DNA of 53,333 nucleotides from Atractiella rhizophila (Eukaryota): NCBI GenBank assembly GCA_021432655.1, contig MU271447.1, positions 1 to 53,333 of the forward strand, read 5' to 3'. Shown piece by piece: positions 49,251 to 53,333 of this stretch (position 1 is its first letter; each line of letters starts with the position of its first letter). The notes under the pieces were generated by a model. It saw only the letters and a program-made list of their open reading frames with translations, ran no database searches and was not told where the DNA came from. The position numbers and the translations under genes were made by a program.

Positions 49251-50485
49251 ATGAGCAAAGAGGGTGGTGGACCTCCACCTTATTCGGGATCGGGTGATGA
49301 CAGGGCTTTGGTATGTCTAGATTCTCTCCGCACAAATAGTGGCGAATTGGGATCGCGTTTTCTTTATCTTCTTGGAGAGATCTGGTGGATCGAAGTGACC
49401 ATCGCCTGGAACAGCTTTTGACGATGTGAGATGGCCATGCTCTTGCGTCGCAAAGAGGATTTCCTTTCTGTGCCCTTTGTTCTTCAGGCTAGGCAATTTC
49501 TTGTCGTTGCTCTTTGATTGCTTGGGACGTTGGATCGATCTAAATTTCTGCAGCGGTATCCCTACGATATCTTTGGCTCAATTCTTTTCTCCGCATTGAC
49601 AGTGTGTATGGATGTTGAGTTCGACTGCGAGAAGACATTGAAAGCTGCATTTGCCTCACCCTATTGCTCAAACAACAAGGCTGCATTAACTTAGAGCATT
49701 ATTGTCCGTATTTCCAGCAGCTTACTAATTCTCTCTCCTATCTTAGCCAGATGGTTGGGTGAAGCAATGGAACGAGCAGTACAACCGCTACTTCTACGTG
49801 GACACCCGTGCCAACCCTCCCCGCTCAGGTTGGGATCATCCACTGGACACAGATGAATATAAGAAACAATCCTACGCCCCTCCTCCCTCTCACGGACCTC
49901 CAGCCGGACCTCCTCCCCCTGGTCCTCCCGGCGGTTCTTCTGATCAAAGAGGTCTGTTCGGACACCATCAGTCCGCTCCGCCTCCTCCGCCACAACAGCA
50001 GCAGGCGTACAATCCTTATCCACCACAAGGTGGATACGGTGGACCTCCCCCTGGCGCCTATGGGGGACCACCTCCGGGAGTGAGTGCTTTTACCTCGACT
50101 TGCGCAACAAGTGGTTGACTCTTTATGAAGGCTTACGGTGGATATCCGGGCCAATACGGCGGTCCGCCCCCTCCTGGACCATACGGTGGATATCCAGGTT
50201 ATGGTCCTCCACCTCCAGGAGTAAGTGGTATAATTATCAATCCTTGAATCCGTTGCTCATGTTCCATTTCATCAGGCATACTACGGTGCACCCCCTCCAG
50301 GCGGTTATTACCCACAACAGGGCTACGGTCCTCCGCCGCCTCAGCAGCAATACCGTAGCAGCGGAGGAGGGTTAGGAGGAGGTACGCCTTATCCCTTCCC
50401 GAATAATAATAATGCATCTGATGTCCCTTGTGTACCGTGTTCAGCAAACCCGACGGGTACGTCCGTCTGCACCGCCACTGGTTAA
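49251..50485 (+). CDS. WW-domain Pro/Gly/Tyr-rich protein (Wwm1-like), copy 1, probably 3'-truncated
   Basis: Exons 49251-49310, 49747-50079, 50131-50220 and 50276-50381 give MSKEGGGPPPYSGSGDDRAL / PDGWVKQWNEQYNRYFYVDTRANPPRSGWDHP...GGYGGPPPG... The last exon crosses the duplication junction and stops after ANPTGTSVCTATG*. Confidence 0.7.
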
Positions 50486-50614
50486 TAATTGCCACCGGCG
50501 ACGCAAGTCAAGACGGCAAGAAGGAACGAGGAGGTCGCTTTGCACGACCAACAGCTTCTTCTGCCATCCATCAAGCTTCGTGCGGATCCATCAGCGAGTA
50601 GATTGTCGAGCAAA

Positions 50615-51444
50615 ATGAGCAAAGAAGGTGGTGGACCTCCACCTTATTCGGGATCGGGTGATGATAGGGCCTTGGTATGTCTAGATTCTTTCTACAAAGA
50701 TAGTGGCCAATTGGGATCGCGTTTTCTTTATGATCGTGGAGAGATCTGGTGGATCGAATGTGACCATCACCTGGAACAGCTTTTGACGATGAGAGATGGC
50801 TACCCTCTCGCGTCGCAAGGAGGACTTCCTTTCTGTGCCCTTTGTTCTTCAGGCTAGACAATTTCTCGTCATTCCTCTTTGATTGCTTGGAAGGAGTTTG
50901 GTTCGATCTAAAAGTCTGCAGCGGTATCCCTACGATATCTTTGGCTCAATTCTTTTCTCCGCATTGACAGTGTGTGTGGATGTTGAGTTCGACTGCGAGA
51001 AGACATTGAAAGCTGCATTTGCCTCACCCTATTGCTCAAACAACAAGGCTGCATTCACTTAGAGCATTATTGTCCGTATTTCCAGCAGCTTACTAATTCT
51101 CTCTCCTTTCTTAGCCAGATGGTTGGGTGAAGCAATGGAACGAGCAATACAACCGTTACTTCTACGTTGACACCCGTGCCAACCCTCCCCGCTCAGGTTG
51201 GGATCATCCACTGGACACGGATGAATATAAGAAACAATCCTACGCACCTCCTCCCTCTCACGGCCCTCCAGCCGGCCCTCCTCCCCCTGGTCCCCCCGGC
51301 GGTTCTGATCAAAGAGGTCTGTTCGGACACCATCAGTCCGCTCCGCCTCCTCCGCCACAACAGCAACAGGCGTACAATCCTTATCCTCCGCAAGGTGGAT
51401 ACGGTGGACCTCCCCCTGGCGCCTATGGGGGACCACCGCCAGGA
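50615..51444 (+). CDS. WW-domain Pro/Gly/Tyr-rich protein, copy 2 (runs into the assembly gap)
   Basis: Same exon 1 and exon 2 as copy 1, nearly identical at protein level. The remainder is hidden by Ns. Confidence 0.7.
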
Positions 51445-51472
51445 GTGAGTTCTTTTACCTCGACTTGCGATG

Positions 51473-51698
51473 NNNNNNNNNNNNNNNNNNNNNNNNNNNN
51501 NNNNNNNNNNNNNNNNNNNNNNNNNNNNNNNNNNNNNNNNNNNNNNNNNNNNNNNNNNNNNNNNNNNNNNNNNNNNNNNNNNNNNNNNNNNNNNNNNNNN
51601 NNNNNNNNNNNNNNNNNNNNNNNNNNNNNNNNNNNNNNNNNNNNNNNNNNNNNNNNNNNNNNNNNNNNNNNNNNNNNNNNNNNNNNNNNNNNNNNNNN
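51473..51698. other. Assembly gap (226 N)
   Basis: Run of N characters. Confidence 1.
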
Positions 51699-52787
51699 GG
51701 AGCGATTTGGTATCGGTTTGATTCTGTTTCGGTGTATCGTCTCGTCTGGAGTCTGGAGAGTTGCGACAATGAATCATTCACTGTATTAGAACCCCGTCAT
51801 TCCCTCCCCTTTCTAGCCTCCCCTGCTTCTCCATGAATGATGAGTGAGCCTGCTTGGCTGTCCCTCGGTCACCGGTGCATGAATATTCTGATTCTGCAGC
51901 CATTTGAAGTTTTTCGAGCGAAAAGCCTTGTGTGCATTTCAGCCGAATCCGTTCCCGCCAGCTGCTGTGATCTACAGCAACCAATCCAATCGAACGAGAG
52001 ACCGACAGCCGTCACAGCTCGATGTTCCAACACCGTGACCGTTAATGGTAGTGGTACATGGTTGATACGTAGCGTTGAGAAGGCTCTGAAAGCGCGCACC
52101 TCAGCTCGGCTATGTCACAAGGATCGCAATCGCACGTATGTATCTAGCCAGCTCGGCGCAGCTCATTAACATGTTCCGGTTGCAGGGTGAGGGTGTGAAG
52201 CGATCGGTGGACAGCCCGGAGCTTATGTGTGACGTCTGGGCGTTGGATTATGATGGAAATGGAAGTCGTCGTTGTTTATGGTTGGGTTCTGGCCGTGTAT
52301 TTGAGCACGTGTAGAACAGTGCAGCCGGTGCTTCCGTAGCAGCTGTATAAGCAAGTTCTTGAGGTGGCATAGAATCATTGCGAGGATGAAAGCCAAGTTA
52401 AATTATTGCGAGGAAAAAGAGCGCGAGTGATTGCCAAAAAATTAAAATTATTGCGAGGACGAGAGGCAAAGAAGAAGTTCCGTGGTTTTATGGTGGTGCA
52501 AAGTGTACCGTCGATAGACTAAAAGAACCTAATTTGGTCCTAACGCCGCGCTCGACTCGTCGCTGGATAAGAACTTTCTCGACCTCACCACCTTCGGACA
52601 TCACCTCCATCCCCTCTTAAAGTATCTCCCCTGCGTGAGTCTTTATCTTCCCCTGATAATAAGCCAGCTGATGTCCATTTCATCGGGAAACGTGTAGAAA
52701 GGTGGAAAATCAGTGTCTCTTTCACAGTATCACCTCACCACTCAGTCAGCTTTCAATTTCGCCCCCTTGACTTTCAAATCCATCACC

Positions 52788-53141
52788 ATGCCTGTCGCAC
52801 ACCCCAAACAACTCGATGGAAACCACATCACCGTCATCGACGCTCAGAAATTCACTATGTACAACTGTCTCAAAGCAATGCATCCCCAGGCGTGCCTTTG
52901 TGGGAGGTGGCAGTGGTATTCTGCAAAGTGAGCTTTCCTTCCTTAAGATTTCCAGTTATTCCACTGTGGTTGGGTGACAAACAAGCTGATCTTTGTCGAT
53001 GGGATAGGTGCAACCATCTTCATACGGTTAGTTCTGACTCCTTCTCTTTACCCGGCAATCTCCACATTCTCTCCTCCCAATCAGCATCCTTCTCCCTGCC
53101 CCGTTACCCATCTCTCATACAAACGAACGAACGAACACTGA
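52788..53141 (+). CDS. Possible small Cys/His-rich protein (~71 aa, 3 exons)
   Basis: GT-AG splicing gives MPVAHPKQLDGNHITVIDAQKFTMYNCLKAMHPQACLCGRWQWYSAK / CNHLHT / HPSPCPVTHLSYKRTNEH*. Good ATG context (CACCATG). No family recognised. Confidence 0.4.
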
Positions 53142-53333
53142 CGTTGTCCGTTGTCGGTGACAGGAAGTCGAGCTTTTCTGCGGCGGTACCTCGAAATGGT
53201 CGAACCCGAAAGGAGTCAAATTCTGCCACGGACGAAAGAAGGAGATTGTTGTCTCGTCTGTCAGGATCGATGAGAACTGCGATAACTGTCGAGGTCACCT
53301 AGGGCAGACACACGGCAACCAGAGCTTTTCCGG

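Larger units (their letters stand above)
49091..51472. repeat. Tandem duplication, period ~1363 nt (49091-50453 and 50454 to the gap)
   Basis: CGGGTACGTCCGTCTGCACCGCCACTGG recurs at ~49091 and ~50454, and the units are colinear with scattered substitutions up to the N gap. Confidence 0.92.

Noticed and set aside
51193..51836. ORFs spanning the N run
   Set aside because: Artefacts of translating through the assembly gap.
1..53333. CRISPR arrays, rRNA/tRNA genes, transposases
   Set aside because: None recognised by eye in this eukaryotic sequence; intron-containing tRNAs or snoRNAs could have been missed without covariance-model searches.

Overview
Intron-rich, gene-dense fungal genomic DNA (about 50% GC, introns mostly 45-65 nt, GT-AG with CTRAC-like branch points). 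Gene content and intron style suggest a basidiomycete, possibly Pucciniomycotina (inference). I reconstructed about 28 genes by hand-splicing. Housekeeping genes: GCN3/eIF2B-alpha head-to-head with CGI121, NSR1, mitochondrial ribosomal S6, an NBP2-like SH3 protein, CENP-A and RAD16. Enzymes, transporters and regulators: M28 leucine aminopeptidase, P1B Cu-ATPase, SnoaL-like proteins, a heme-thiolate peroxidase, a TDT/Mae1-type transporter, an indoleamine 2,3-dioxygenase and a Zn2Cys6 factor. There are two ~1.1-1.4 kb tandem duplications and a 226-nt assembly gap. The most interesting items are two small secreted peptide genes. The first (2163-2594, -) is a precursor with three amino-acid-identical but synonymously diverged copies of AYCPWKRSDGSVDVKRCIGSNP, a KEX2-processed repeat protein whose dibasic sites lie inside a Cys-Cys loop. 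The second (10287-10590, +) is a 3-exon, 62-aa, 8-Cys knottin-like peptide gene absent from the ORF track. Also missed or only fragmentarily shown by the ORF track are a divergent pair of paralogous hydrophilin-like genes and a signal-less peroxygenase with VCP in place of PCP. No rRNA, tRNA, CRISPR array or recognisable transposon was seen. Exon boundaries and family calls are manual and were not database-checked.
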